64,000 nt of DNA from the NCBI RefSeq assembly GCF_009914755.1, contig NC_060925.1. One strand, written 5' to 3'. Made by a program: the position numbers and the translations under genes. Shown piece by piece: positions 27,145-41,200 of this stretch. Position 1 is the first letter of the stretch; every line of letters starts with the position of its first letter. Under the pieces are notes generated by a model that did no database searches, had not been told where the DNA came from, and saw nothing but the letters and a program-made list of their open reading frames with translations. The stretch is from the human T2T-CHM13v2.0 reference genome, Homo sapiens.

Positions 27145-27795
27145 CCTTTCATTTATTCATTGAAGAGCAATTTAAGTCTCTCTTACATACCTGGTACTGT
27201 TCTGGGGATGGGGGATACTGCAGTGAACAAAACAAGCCCCCTGCCCTCGTGGAGCTGAAAGTCTACTGAGGGAGACAGGCAAGACACAAATAATTCCACA
27301 CATAGAATATGTTCAGCAAATGAGAACTGCTATAAAGAAAATAAAACAGGAAAACGACGGAAAGTCACCGAACGGCTTGGGGCAACTTAGTCAAGGTGGT
27401 AAGGGAAAGTCTCTTCTAAGAAAAAACTTCTTTTTTGTGAGATGGAGTTTTGCTCTTGTCGCCCAGGCTGGAGTGCAATGGTGCAATTTTGGCTCACCAC
27501 AACCTCCGCCTCCTGGGTTCAAGCAATTCTGCTTCAGCCTCCTGAGTAGCTGAGATTACAGGCACCTGCCACCACACCCGGCTAATTTTGTGTTTTTAGT
27601 AGAGACGGGGTTTCCCCATGTTGGTCAGGCTGGTCTTGAACTCCCAACCTGAGCCCAACCATGGAAGAACCAACCGTGAAAAGATCCAGGGGGGAGGCAC
27701 TCGGGGTAGAGGGCACTGCGGGGGCAAAATCCCAGGGACTGAGATGTGCTTGGCATCTTCAAGGAACAGAAAGAATGCCAGTGTAGCTGGAGGCA
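27145..27795 (-). mobile_element. L2 fragment interrupted by Alu
   Basis: 'ggggatactgcagtgaacaaaacaag..ccctgccctcgtggagctg..aggaacagaaagaatgccagtgtagctgga'. Confidence 0.75.
27431..27648 (-). mobile_element. AluS, 5'-truncated
   Basis: 'gagatggagttttgctcttgtcgcccaggctgg..gtcttgaactccc'. Confidence 0.92.
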
Positions 27796-27999
27796 TGTCC
27801 CTGTGCTATTATTAAACACTCAGGAAGAACTTTTTAGACATCCAGGGGCTCTGAGCCTGGATTGGATGATCAGGAGTATCGTTCTTGAGAAGACACGAGC
27901 ATCCCCACAGCCTGCATTTATCCCAGAATTGGAGCATGAGGAGAGGATTTAGAACCCGTCTGCTCTCCAGCTTCTCTTACTGGAGGAAGGAAGAGAAGG

Positions 28000-28240
28000 T
28001 GGGCATTTCCCACTGAAAAAGCCTTCGGCCCTCACAGGGGGCCCATTTCAAGGGCAACCGTTGTTGCAATGCGTGAACCCTGCAGCGCCTCTTTAGAACG
28101 ACACCAAAGTCTCTTTACCTAGTGCAAAGGCTCTGCGAGATGACTGGGGAGCCCTGCCTAGGAGCTATTTACAGGCTGGGTGGGGACAAGAGAGTTGAAA
28201 GAACGACCATACTGAGCAAGATGAATTCAGGAGAATGATG
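28000..28240 (+). repeat. Copy 2 of local duplicated non-TE element
   Basis: Same orientation as 26010-26260, offset 1995 bp. Confidence 0.9.
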
Positions 28241-28404
28241 TTGCTTGAGAGCTGCCAAATGCCAATTCTGCCAGATGCCATTTAGTGCTGTGAAAATCTT
28301 AATTCATTTCAACCTCATGGCAGTCCCATGAAGGAGATAATGTTATTCTCCCATTTTTCTCATCAGGAAACAGAGGCTTAGAGCTGTGAAATACCTTGTC
28401 CCAG

Positions 28405-28722
28405 GGCCAGGCACAGTGGCTCACGCCTGTAATCCCAGCACTTTGGGAGGCCGAGGCGGGCAAGTCACTTGAGGTCAGGAGTTCAAGACCAGCCTGGCCA
28501 ACATGGCAAAACCCCATCTCTACTAAAAATACAAAAATTAGCCAGGCGTGGTGGCAGGCACCTGCAATCCCAGCTACTCGGAAGGCTAAAGCAGGAGCAT
28601 TGCTTGAACCCGGGAAGCGGAGGTTGCAGTGAGCCAAGATCATGCCACGTGGATTGTTGTACTCCAGCCTGGGCAACAAGGTAAGACTCCATCCGCCCCC
28701 CACCACCCCCATAAAAAAAAAA
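28405..28722 (+). mobile_element. AluS with small internal insertions
   Basis: Full dimer; extra 'gtggattgt' at about 28649 and a C-rich run before the tail. Confidence 0.95.
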
Positions 28723-29288
28723 AGGAGAAGAAGCGAGAACAAAGACAGCAGACATACCCCAGTGAAGCCTGTACTGCCTGTTTGAAGGCTCTGATCCTAC
28801 ATCAGGACAAGCCATGGGAGGATAAAATTAACTTCTATTGGCCAAGACCAAGTGGTGTCAGCTCAGCACAACCTCACCAAACCTCACCTCTGAACCTGTG
28901 GTTGTAAGGCCGGCAGGGGGCCCTGCTCGGAGAGGAACCATGCAGATGCCCTGGATGAGAAAAGTCAGGCACTGCACCCAACCACACACCAGCCCAGCAG
29001 CCCTACCTCGCCTCCATACAGAGCAGGAAACAGTGAAACACCACAGGGAAAAGAATGAGACAGACCTGGAGTTTAGTAAACAAACACACGGAACAGATGG
29101 ATAGGTGGATGGACGAATGAGTGGATTCCAAGTAGAGAGCTCCACATGATGACAGATGTGATAACTATCAGAGATCTATCAGAAAGAGGGGAGTAAATTA
29201 TATATATGTATGACTATGCTTATATGTCAGATAGATTGACAGATTTTTGAGATACACAGATTATATGTTTGAGGTAGATGAAAAAATT

Positions 29289-29480
29289 CAAGGGTGGACT
29301 GGAGCCCCCATTCACATCAGCCGGTGAGTCAATCCCGGGCATCTCTTCCCGACTCTGTTCTGTAACATCATATGGGTTGCCTGAAATCAGCCTTGATGGG
29401 AACATTTACACCAGAGAAATGGGCAGATGCTACAATCAGGGCTATATTTTTTCCAAGGGCTGATGTAGCAGCACATGCTG
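29289..29480 (+). mobile_element. MER63-like hAT MITE
   Basis: 'catctcttcccgactctgttc..gggaacatttacaccagagaaatgggcagatgctacaatcagggc'. Confidence 0.75.
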
Positions 29481-29645
29481 GTTAGATATGCTGTAACAGA
29501 TTGGTAATTGGATATACCTCAGATAGATTGTATATACAATGCACATATATGAGACAGATTACATATGCAAGGTACATAAGTTACATTTCTTTAATAAATT
29601 GACAAACATAAATATATATATATATATATACCTAAATATAATTTA

Positions 29646-29731
29646 CATTTGACTGAACCTCATGAAATTGCAGTTCTTCTACTGTTTTTAGTCTACCAAA
29701 AAAAGGCACTTTCATAGGATTATACCTAGTA
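29646..29731. mobile_element. MADE2-like (Hsmar2) mariner MITE, diverged
   Basis: 'tgaacctcatgaaattgc..ctgtttttagtctaccaaaa..ggcactttcatagg..acctagta' follows the MADE2 layout. Confidence 0.6.
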
Positions 29732-30496
29732 GACGAGTTATAAATGTGTGTGTCCCTGTGTGTGTAATCGTTAGAAAGCACCCGGGACTGAGAGTCAAAG
29801 AGGAGACAGGGACACCCCGGCTCCAGGAACTACTCCACCACTTAACTAGCTGTGTGGTCCCAAGCAGATGGCTAGCCTTCTCTGAACCTCGGTTCCCTTG
29901 CTGGGAATGTGAGGGCATTGACAGCCTCAACTCCAGGGTTGCTGAGGGGACCACAGGAGGGCACAGCCCAGCGCAGAGCCCCCAGCAGGGCTTCCTGGGA
30001 GCCTCTCAGGCCTGCACTAGCCCCCACAGCACATTCCCACTGCAGGTCGGCCCTGGGCATCTGTGTGACCTCATTGGATCTCCAGAGGTCTCCGCCTGCA
30101 GAAATGGACTCTCCCTAGGGGAAGCTGCTCCTTTCCTGGTACGCACCCCTCCCCATGTCCCCCAGTCAGAGTGAGGATGCGCCAGCTGACAGATTCCCAG
30201 CCCCGGGGCCATGCTGAGTCTGGCTGGGGGAGTGACACCCCTCGGCCATCAATCAACGGAGCCATGACCAGCACCGGTCTCTAGGAGAATCCATCATCAT
30301 TTTCCTGTTCACCCAGCCCCTCCAGTCCATCCAGCAAACTCCCTAAGGGGAGGGGCCAAAGGGAGCCTTTCCAGCAGGACGGAGGCAGAGCCAGGCACTG
30401 GCTGGGGCTCTGGTTCTAAGTGTGCTGGGTGTCTGTGGGCAGGGCCACTTCCTTTCTGGGCCTCAGTTTCTCTTCTGTATATTTAGCCTAAAAACA

Positions 30497-30790
30497 TTTT
30501 TTTAAGACAGGTTCTCACTCTATTGCCCCAGCTGGAGTGCAGTGGCACGATCAGGGCCCACTGCAGCCTCAAGCTCCCTGGGTTCAAACAATCATCTCGC
30601 CTCAGCCTCCCGAGTAGCTAGGATTACAGGCATGTACCACCCCACCTGGCTAAGATTTTTTGAGTCTTAATGGAGACAACGTCTCACTATGTTGCCCAGG
30701 CTGCTCTCAAACTCCTCAGCTCAAGCAATCCTCCTGTCTTGGTCTCCCAAAGTGCTGGGATTACAGGGATATGAGCCACCATGCCTGGTC
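30497..30790 (-). mobile_element. AluJ
   Basis: Reverse dimer with J-type 'ctcactatgttgcccaggctg..ctcaagcaatcctcc'. Confidence 0.92.
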
Positions 30791-30944
30791 CTAAAAATAT
30801 TTTTAAATCAACTGAATAAAAACAAAAAAAAAAAAAACCCTTCCAGCTGAAGAAAGCTGCTTGTAGGTGGATCCAGCTCTGGAGAGAAGAGATTACAACC
30901 CTGCCCTTCACAGAAATCAGCTCTTGGGGATCTTACCTTAGTAA

Positions 30945-31460
<516 letters not shown>

Positions 31461-31469
31461 TTCTGCCCA

Positions 31470-31712
31470 TTTTAGAGCACTAGGCTACTTGCCAGCTTCT
31501 GTGCCATGAACTTTGTGTACCAGCTCATTTCTTACTACAAGGATACTGTGAAGCAGGTCCTATTATTCTGCCCATTTTACAGAGGAGAAAACTGAGGCTC
31601 AGGAAGATGAAGTGACTTGCCCAAGGCACACAGCTGGCAAATGGCAAATCGGGATTTGAACCCAGGTAATCTGGCTCACCCAGAGTGGGTGCATGTTCTC
31701 ACCCACTACACC
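31470..31712 (-). mobile_element. MIR SINE
   Basis: 'cccattttacagaggagaaaactgaggctcagg..tgacttgcccaagg..gggatttgaacccagg'. Confidence 0.9.
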
Positions 31713-32205
31713 ACAGCAATAACACTTGTAAGATCTCTGATGCATAGGAGGGGTCCTATCCAAGTCAGTTACTGGGGTAACCATTGTTAAATTTTCATCC
31801 TTTATTCACTAGGCTAACAGGACCTTCCGGACTGAGACATTTCCTCCAGGACTCAGCCTCGGGGCTTTTGGACCAAGGCTGTGAAACAGAAGGAGTCTAT
31901 CCTAGTCTTTTGAAAGCCTTGATTGGAAATGGTTTTGCTGCTGCTGCCCTCTATCAACAGGCTTGCCCTGAGCCTAGGGCAGCTTAGCATCCCTTCACCG
32001 TGTTGGGGACATTTGGGGCTGTGCAGAGATCTGGGGCAGGATGCCAAGGGGAGGCAGAAACAGGTAAGCTTGGTGCGCAGAGCCTCAGCTTGGCCTCCTG
32101 AGCATCCACCAGAGAGGAGAGCAAGGGCGGGGGGCTCTCGAGCCCATTTCACCTCAGACCCTACAGGAAACTAGTTTGCAGATGCAGGGAGAAATCAAAA
32201 GCATG

Positions 32206-32544
<339 letters not shown>

Positions 32545-35500
32545 TCAAATTCAGGCTGTCCACTGGCCAGGAAGCCAGCTGTGTGACCTCAGACAGGAGA
32601 ACTCACCTCTCGAAGCCTAACTTCATCCTCAGTAAAGTGGGGATGTTAATGGCAACCTTGCAAAACTGCAACGCACAAAAATGCCTGGCCCATAGCAGAT
32701 GCTCAATAAATGGTAGCTGTCACCATTGATTATTTTAGTTTGGCAAACCACTGATTCTGAGCCAATTACAGTCAGCCCACTTGAAACCCAGCAGCTGTTG
32801 GCCAAAGTCTGTCTGTCTGGTTTCAATATACCCAGGGGCTTGGGTTCAACCAATGGCTTTTGGGGGAGTTGGTTGAGTTTCGCTGCTGGTTATTTGCAAA
32901 GTATCTGGCTGCTGAAACCCAGCCCAGCTGGCCAGTTCCTCAAAGAACCATCTCTGGACTGAACCATGCAGGCTGTGTCGGGAGAGCTGGCTGTTTCTCG
33001 CACATCTGCAGAGCAGCCAGCTGTAGAATGGAATTTAAGCCCTTCCTTTTCAAACACAAGAGTCTGGCTTGAAAATAAAGCCCAGCTTAGCCCCAGAGGC
33101 AACCAGTGTGGCACTCAACCTGTATTTACAGGGGAAGGGGAGGTGCTAACAGTTCGGGACTCTGCTCCAAGCCTGTCTCTTTTAAAAAGCCACTGAGCAG
33201 CTACCTGGCTGTAGAACATCCCACTTGGGGTGATCTGCCTGGAACGCTGCTAAATTCCAAACCAATATTGAAATCAGCCTTCATAGTTAGGCAGGGCATC
33301 CTGGGCTCATGGAAAACAGCCAGAGAAGGGCCAGTTTTTTTTGTTCTGAGCAGACCCCAACCCCACTGGATGAGCCCCATTTTCTAGTGACCAGCTGAAT
33401 GCAAGGATGCTGCAACACAATTTGGAGAGGAGTTGAAGAAGGGAGCCAGTGTGCTGGGACTCTGGCAGAGGGGGCTAGGAGGGACACTGATGTGGCTGAG
33501 AGAGGGAAGAAGCAGGAGGCTTGGGAAGCAGTGCGAGTTTTCTTTCCACCTCTGCTGTGTGATCTTGGTTACTCTGCTTGCCCTCTCTGGGCCTCTTCTG
33601 CCTAAATGAAATATGACCATGAGCTGTATGAGCACCGTGGCTGGGCATTGTTCAATGCTGTCTCTAAAGCATCTGGCTCAATGCTTAGCACATAGTAGGC
33701 CCCCTATAAATAATAACTGAGTGAAAATGCCTCTCCCTCCAGCACTTCTTCATGTAATTTTCCCAAAGGCAAGCCTTTGATTAGAGAATCATTCTGTGTC
33801 AGTACAGACTGTTCTCAGTGCGAGAAACAGTGTCAGTATGTATCTGATTTTTAAAAGCATTGATCTCCAGCCCATTCCGATCCTAATGAGGCAGAGAAGA
33901 GAAGAGAAGCCTTCATTCTCGCATTCCTCTCTGGAATTGCTCTCCTGCCCCTGCCACTGCAGGCTGACAGCTACTGAAGGCAGACAGTACCTCGGGCCCC
34001 AAGGCCAGGACTGCAAACCCAAATGCCTACAGGACTGATGAGGTATTGGGAGAGTGTGGGGCCCAGTGAGGTCTGGGGCAAACTGGATTCTATCCACCCC
34101 ATCCACAGGAGCACCTCCTATCAGCTCCTGCCCATCATTACTGCAGGAAATACAAGCCTGATACAGCCAGCCCTTATAATATTTCTAAGATACAAATATA
34201 GAGTTGTATGTTAAATCACTTAATTTTAAGAGTCGACAACTAATTCAACATTGAAAAAGAAAAATTACTGAGTGAGGCAAACACATTTTGCAGGCAGGAT
34301 TCAGCCCAGCCTCTGAAGTCTTCTGGGTAGTGGATAGGAACCTATTCGAAGAGGGAAGACTCAGCTCTTGCCCTAAGGGACATGTCAGTCTGATGATGGG
34401 GACCCAGCTCTGCCCTTGGGAATCCTTCAGTTGAGACGAGAGAGGCAAAAAGAGACAAGAATTCCAGATACTTCCAGATTGGCCCAAAAAATGTGCGGAT
34501 GAATCTCACACAGACTAAGGCCACAGCCACTGGGAACTACAGGGTAGAGAACCAACCTGGACCAGTTTGGGGTGAATCGGGGAAATGCCTCTGACACTTT
34601 CCTACAGGGTCTTGAAGAAAAGAAAGGATGTAGATGGTGAAGGTGGGTGGCCCAGGTGAGGTGAACAGGGGAAAGCCAGGCAGAGCAAGGTGCTAGGTGG
34701 GTAGCAGGTGCACCTGGCCGCTGAATGGAGAGGCGCAGTCTTAGAATGTCTGGGACAGAAGGGTTGCTGGCATGGCCTGGTCTCATGGTCCCAATACAAG
34801 ATGGGAAAATAGAGGTTCAAGGAGGGGAGAAACTTGCCCAAGACCAGGCAGGGCACTGATAACATGGACAGGATGGAAACGAAGTCACAGGAGATGAGGC
34901 TGGGTGGGAAGGGGCCAGGGAGCCCACCTGAGGGATTGCAGTTTACCGCATGGCAGTTTACACGGGGGAAAAGCTTCTGGCTGATGACCCCACCTGCCCC
35001 GCTTCCTGGTCTGTGAACTGGAGCCAGGTGGAAGGCACCATCTCCAGCCCATGGCTGCCCTTTGAATTAACCTTTAGACTGCACAGATGAATGGCTCCAT
35101 CTATCTTTCACCCAACAGGCTCCAGAAGTCTGACAGAGGGAGCAAGCGTGGCCCAGAAAGGGCAGAGGTCCCGGTAAGAACAGGAAGGATGTCCCAGAGA
35201 CAGGAGGCCTTGCCTGCCAGGACTTAGGGATCCATGAGGGGTGAAGGGAAAGCTGCATTGAGCAATTTCAGGGGTGGGCCAGGACCTTCATGGTCATGGC
35301 ATCCCTGACTCCTCTCATTGACCATGCAAGGCCAGGACTGTCATGACCTATCCCACAGATGAGGAAGCAGAGACTTGCCCACAGTCACCCAGCCAGAAAC
35401 GGCAGCTCTGGGCTTAGGATGTTTCGAACAGACCAGCCAGGTGACGCCACACCCTGGTGTGGAGCCACTCCATGACCCTTGCCTCTTTCTCCTGCTCCTG

Positions 35501-35759
35501 ACCCTCCACCCTTTCCTCACACAAGGTCTTTGCACTTGGCGTTCATGCCTTCTGGAGCACTCTCCCAGCATCCTTCATACAGCTGGAGACATTCAAGAAT
35601 CTGCAACAGTTGGGGGAAGGGGAGACAGAACTCAATCCCAAGGGGACACTGGGGGCTGGGTCTCCAGGGCCTCCCTGTGCCAGGCCAAGCATCTTGGACA
35701 ATTGGGAGCTGGCAGAGGACTTTTACCCTCTGTGCTAATTCAGATACTCTTCATTACAG

Positions 35760-36022
35760 CCTTTAAAATTTCCTAAATTGAGGTATAAAATGCATCAAGG
35801 GTACTGAACTTAAGTGACCAGTTCAACTTCTGACATATCCACATCTGTGTCCTTTCCACCCATATCAAGGCAGAGATCATGTCCTGCACCCCAGAAGATC
35901 TCTTTGTGTTTCTTTCTAGTCAAAGCTACCTTCCTCTAAAGGTAACGCGATTCTGACTTCTCTCGCCATCCATTAGGAATGCCTCTTATTGACTTTCATC
36001 TGCATGAAACCACACAGCATGT
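35760..36022 (-). mobile_element. Old L1M 3' fragment
   Basis: 'aattgaggtata..cacccatatcaag..attctgacttct..gaaaccacacagcatg'. Confidence 0.6.
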
Positions 36023-36024
36023 GG

Positions 36025-36550
36025 CCTATGGCAGATGGCATTTTCCACAGCTGGCTTCAACAGTATCTCCCATTCCCCATACTCTTTTTGCAATGTGGTG
36101 TTGATACTCCTCCCATAGAGAACTGAGTTCTGTGTCCCCTCCCCTTTAATCTGTGTGGACATTTATCCCCTCATCTAATAGAGCATAGTGAGTGGAATGC
36201 TATGTGAGTTGAACAGGTGATAAAAAATGTCACATACTTCACCGTGCTCTCAGGGGACAGTTGCTCTTGGATCTGGCCACCATACTATAAGGAAGCTCAA
36301 GCAGCCTGTGGAGGGGCTGATATAAGAGAAATCCATTGCCCTGGCTGAGCCCCCAGCCCACAGCCAGAAACAGCCTGATAGCCATGGGAGTGATCCATCT
36401 TGGACGTGGGTTCTGCAGCCCCAGTTGAGCTCCCCACCAACGCCAATTGAGCAGAAACAGGCCATCCCACAACATCCTGCCTAAATTGCCTCTTTTGAGT
36501 GAAATAAATTATCATTTTGTTTTATGCCACTAACTCTGAGATGGTTCATA
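36025..36550 (+). mobile_element. MaLR LTR (MLT1G/H-like)
   Basis: 'gccaccatactataaggaagctcaagcagcc..cagccccagttgagc..aaataaattatc..tatgccactaa'. Confidence 0.75.
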
Positions 36551-36632
36551 AAAAAGATTTTAAGCAGGAGAGTGATTTTGAGTAAGAGTTTTGCCCTTGT
36601 ATATAATAAAAGACACAACATAAATTGGCTTG

Positions 36633-36833
36633 AGGGAAAAGAAAGGAAAGAAGAAGAAGGGAGGGAAGGAGGGAAAGAAAGAAGTAAAGAAAGAAGGATG
36701 GAAGGAGGAAGGAAGGAAGAAAGAAAGAAAGGAAAGAAGGAAGGAGGGAGGGAAGGAAGGGAGGAAAAGAAGGAGAGAAGGAGGGAAGGGAGGAAGGGAG
36801 CGAACGAGAGAGGGAGGGATGGAGAGAGGAGGG
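36633..36833 (+). repeat. GA-rich low-complexity / (GGAA)n-like tract
   Basis: Near-pure purine run. Confidence 0.9.
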
Positions 36834-36873
36834 GATATATTGGTTCTCATAACTAAAAAGTTCAAAGAGGGTT

Positions 36874-37296
36874 TGTATTGGTTTCCTAGAACTGCTATAA
36901 CAAACAACTATGGACTAGGGGCATAAAGAACAGATAGTTATTGTCTCACAGTTCTGGAGGGTAGCAGGCCAAGGTCAAGGTGTCAACAGGGTTGGTTCCC
37001 TCTGCGGGCTGTGAGAGAGGGATCTGTTCCAGGCCTCTCTCCTTGGCTTGTAGTCATCCATCATCTTTCTTCACGTCATCTTCCCCCTATGTATGTCTGT
37101 GCGTCCGAATGTCCCCCTTTTATAAGGACACATGTCATATTGAATTAGGGGCCCGCCCATTCCAATATGACCTCATCTTAACGAATTACATCTGCAAATG
37201 AGCCTATATCTAAATAAAGTCACATTCTGAGATTCTGGGGGTTAGGGCTTCAACATAAGAAGTTGGAGGGGGTAGGACACAATTTATCTCCTAACA
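36874..37296 (-). mobile_element. MLT1B-like solo LTR
   Basis: 'tgtattggtttcctag..ctcacagttctggagg..tataaggacac..gacctcatcttaac..ggacacaatt..aaca'. Confidence 0.85.
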
Positions 37297-37669
37297 AGGC
37301 TAATCCAGTCATGGCTAGGTCCAGCCATCGTCAATGTCACCAGCATCTCTACACCTCCCGAACTTTGCTTTCCTATTTGGGCTCATTCTCAGGCTCCATA
37401 TGCTGACAAGATGTTCCAGGCCTGCATCCTCCCGGGCTCATGTGCCTGGGAGAAGAGCACTGCCTCTCTCAACAGCCATTTTGAACACACGGCTCTGGCC
37501 AGCTTGGGGCCGGTGCCTGCCAATGACGGGGACAGGGCAGGAGAGTGGGGATGGCTCCGTGCCAAGCTCTCCAAGCCTGCCACACTCTTGCAGGAATGGA
37601 TCCACCATCCCCAGGTCACTTGTGTCACGTTCCCATTCCAAGAACAGCATGCTCAACACCCAGCCCTGA

Positions 37670-37865
37670 GATTAAAAGGAAAAATAATATTTAAAGGCAC
37701 TTATTAAAGATACTCAGAAGGCCCTTCGAATGTCAAACAGCTGTGAGCAAACCCTAATTTGATGATCTAAGTGTTAATGAATCCCAGACATGCAGATTAA
37801 ATTCTCTTTAAATTGCACATGGTTCTAAAATGCATTTCTCTCTGGCATGTCTGGTTCAGAACAAG
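37670..37865. promoter_or_regulatory. Candidate conserved non-coding element
   Basis: Repeat-free AT-rich island with GATTAA x2, CTAATTTG, TTAATGA and TGTCAAACAGCTG. Confidence 0.35.
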
Positions 37866-38570
37866 GTTAGTGAAACACCTGTGAGGCAGGTCCGCCGATC
37901 TGGGGATGGAGCAGGAGCTGGCGATGTCCCTGGCTCAGGCCTTGGGGAGCCTGTGAGCTATATAAAGAAAAAGACCCACTGAGAACCGCATCGGCAGCAA
38001 TGTGGACTGGAGCATGCAGCTGAGGGCAGCTTGCTGCGCGTGGGTCTTTCACTTAGCAAATATTTACAGAGCTTCTACCAGGCGCAGGCCCTCTCCTGGG
38101 CATTGGGGATGCAGCAGTGAAGACGGAAGCCGCAGCCTTGCCCTTACCTCCAGGTGAAGGGGACAGACAATAATGAGAGAGGTAGATTGCTAATCAAGGG
38201 AATTCAGAGTAGAATAAGTGCTATTAAGAAAAGAAACAACGAGATGATGAGGAGCAGGTTGGCACCAGGAAGACTGGGGAAAGGAGGTGGTTCGAGAAAA
38301 GGGGTGAACCATCATGAGGCTGGGGGACGGCACAGGCAAGAGCACCGGCACCGACCAGGCCTGGCCTGGTCAAGGTGCCAAAGCCGGCCTAGAGGGAGTG
38401 GGGAGGTGGCATATGGCAGACACAGGGCAAGCCAAGGACTCCACGGCAGGTGATATGTGTCTGCTGAACAGCAACCCAGATGTACCTGAAAACGTAGTAC
38501 ATGGAGACCAAGGTGAGGAACAGAACAGGAGCCTTAACTCAGCCACGGCTGGGACATTAAACATACATGT

Positions 38571-38956
<386 letters not shown>

Positions 38957-39029
38957 TCAAGTTGTATTTGGGGGACCTGTACACCTTTCTGTCTGTATGT
39001 TATTCTTCAATAAAATGTGTACCAAAACG

Positions 39030-39200
39030 ATTACACAGTGTAATGTTTGAGATACTGGATATGCTAATTACCCTGATCTGTTCACTGTGCATTATAGGTA
39101 TTGAAACATCACTTTGGACCCCATGAATATGGACCATTATTTTATTTCAACCATTAAAACATAAAATTAAAAAGACAAAAACTAAAAGAAAAAAACAAAA
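39030..39200 (+). mobile_element. L1MA-type 3' terminal fragment with A tail
   Basis: 'ggatatgctaattaccctgatctg..gaaacatcact..accccatgaatat'. Confidence 0.75.
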
Positions 39201-39468
39201 AAAGTATGTACATGAGAAATAGCAGCCTGCCTTTGGCAAGAACGTGGACCCACAAAAGGATAAATCTTAGACATTCAAATGGTTGTCTAGGAGGGATGGG
39301 AATCAGGGATGAGGAGGAGCAAATTTTCTAAAACTTCCTGGAGCCCCCAGACCCCGTAGCAAGTGACTTTGTGTGTAACTCACTCACTGGTTTTGCATTC
39401 TCAACAACCCCGTGATCCATTCAAATGGAGAGATAGGCACTGATTGGACCCCTGTTTAACAAATGCAG

Positions 39469-39612
39469 GGGCCGTGGTGGCACATGACTGCAGTCCCAGC
39501 TATTCAGGAGACCAAGAGGGAGGATCCCTTGAGTCCAGGAGTTCGAAACCAATCTGGGCAACATAGCGAGACACACCCTACAACACTGTCCCCATGTCAT
39601 AAATAAATAAAT
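39469..39612 (+). mobile_element. FLAM (free left Alu monomer)
   Basis: Single monomer ending in (TAAA)n. Confidence 0.8.
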
Positions 39613-40679
39613 AGCTGATGAGTTCTTTGTGCCACTGATAATGAATGAACGGGTGAGTGAATGCCGGCGAGAGGCCGCGGGTGCCTGGGAGTGGCTGTGA
39701 GGCACAGGTGGGGAGAAGCTGACAGACGCTTAAAGGTCAGTGCTGTGTGCTCTCTCATCCCTCCCCTTAAGCCCCGCAGACACCCCCAGCCCACCTCTGG
39801 TCACAGTGGGACCTGGCCCTCCTATCACTTCCACAACCTGCACCTGCTAGGGTGGCAAGATGACGGATGAGGGCTTCTGCGACCCCAGCCACTGGCATGA
39901 GGAAGGGAGCAAGAGGAAAACTCCCCCACCATCCCGTCCTCCATTTTTATTTCTCTCTGAACCTTGAAAGACAAGGGTTCCGGCAAATCGCTCCCGCTGG
40001 CTGATAGAGCCTGCAAGTGTCTTGCGTCGCCCATCCACATCCTTGAGTCAAGTCCTGCCCTGCTGCTCAGACTGACCACCCTTACTTCTGGCCCAGGTCT
40101 GGAGGGCAGATATCTCAAGACTGCAGAGACAGGGACTGAGCTGTTCATCCCACCTCGATGCCTCTGGCAGGACACAGTGGACAGGGATCAGCTCCTTGTT
40201 GGTTGCCAGGTCAGTGAGCCCAGCCACCTGCTGCCCACCTGCTCTGGGGACAGAGGAATCAGGAGCATGTGTGGCTGAGGTCAGACTTGCTCACTCATTC
40301 ATCACGCTCTGCTTCTTTCCTTCCTGCACACCTTGTAAGCCGTGGTTCTCTTACGTAGAAATTAGTCGACTTATTTTTTGTCTTCCCACTGCAGGTAAGC
40401 TCCATGAGGGCAGGGCCCAGGGCCTGCCCTGTCACAGTGGGTCCCCAGGTCACTCATCCCCACCTACCTCATGGCAGAAACTCAATCAATATTTGCTGAA
40501 CAAGAGAGGGCCTCTGTGAAGGAGGCCAGGTTATTCCCATTTATAGGTGAGGGGACCAAAGCTCAAGGGAAGAGCATACGAACCCAGGACCTGGGAACTG
40601 CAAGCCTTGTATTATTCTCCATGCAGGCTGCCTCTTGGGAACCCTGCTTTAGAAGGGACAGTGCAGTCTAAACTGGTGC

Positions 40680-40710
40680 ATGCAAATGAAATGCAAATGA
40701 CAATGCAAAT
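40680..40710 (+). promoter_or_regulatory. Triple octamer (ATGCAAAT x3), candidate POU-factor site cluster
   Basis: Exact matches at 40680-40687, 40691-40698 and 40703-40710. Confidence 0.55.
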
Positions 40711-40793
40711 ATCACTGGCTGGCTTACACAATGTCCTGGCCTCTGGGAGGATTCTCTGAGTGACACTGTCGGAAGCTCTGCTGCAAACTGGTC

Positions 40794-40807
40794 CCTCCAG
40801 GTGGCAG
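40794..40807 (+). promoter_or_regulatory. Candidate CTCF motif
   Basis: CCTCCAGGTGGCAG fits the CCNCCAGRKGGCR core. Confidence 0.35.
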
Positions 40808-41039
40808 CTGGAGTGGGAATAGGAGAACACCCAGAAGAGACAGGGGGAGCAGTTACAACACTGGTCCTGACCCCAGCCACTCCATCATCTAAGGTCTTTG
40901 GAGGGGTGCTCACTGTCCAGTGGGCTCAGGCCCTACCCTCCCCATTCTGCAGAGAAACCAAGGCACACTGTTGAGGACTGGAATGGAATGGAGCTGAAAC
41001 AAGGACCCCACCATGATGAGGAGGATCGGAGTTCTCAAC

Positions 41040-41200
41040 CCCTGTACCCGGCTTTATGCATATAATCTCATTCAGTCCTGACACACCCTTTGCAAGAGGG
41101 ATCTGCATGCTTCATTTTGCAGATGAGAAAACTGAGGCTCAGCAAGGTCAGCTAACTCGCCTAAGGCTACAGAGCTGGCAAGTGTGGCTGGCATCAATGC
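41040..41200 (-). mobile_element. MIR SINE
   Basis: 'cattttgcagatgagaaaactgaggctcag'. Confidence 0.8.

Noticed and set aside
29090-29645. GATA/TA-rich stretch suggestive of a repeat-spacer array
   Set aside because: Degenerate (TAGA)n/(TA)n low complexity around a MER63; no constant repeat with unique spacers. CRISPR is not applicable to this eukaryotic sequence.
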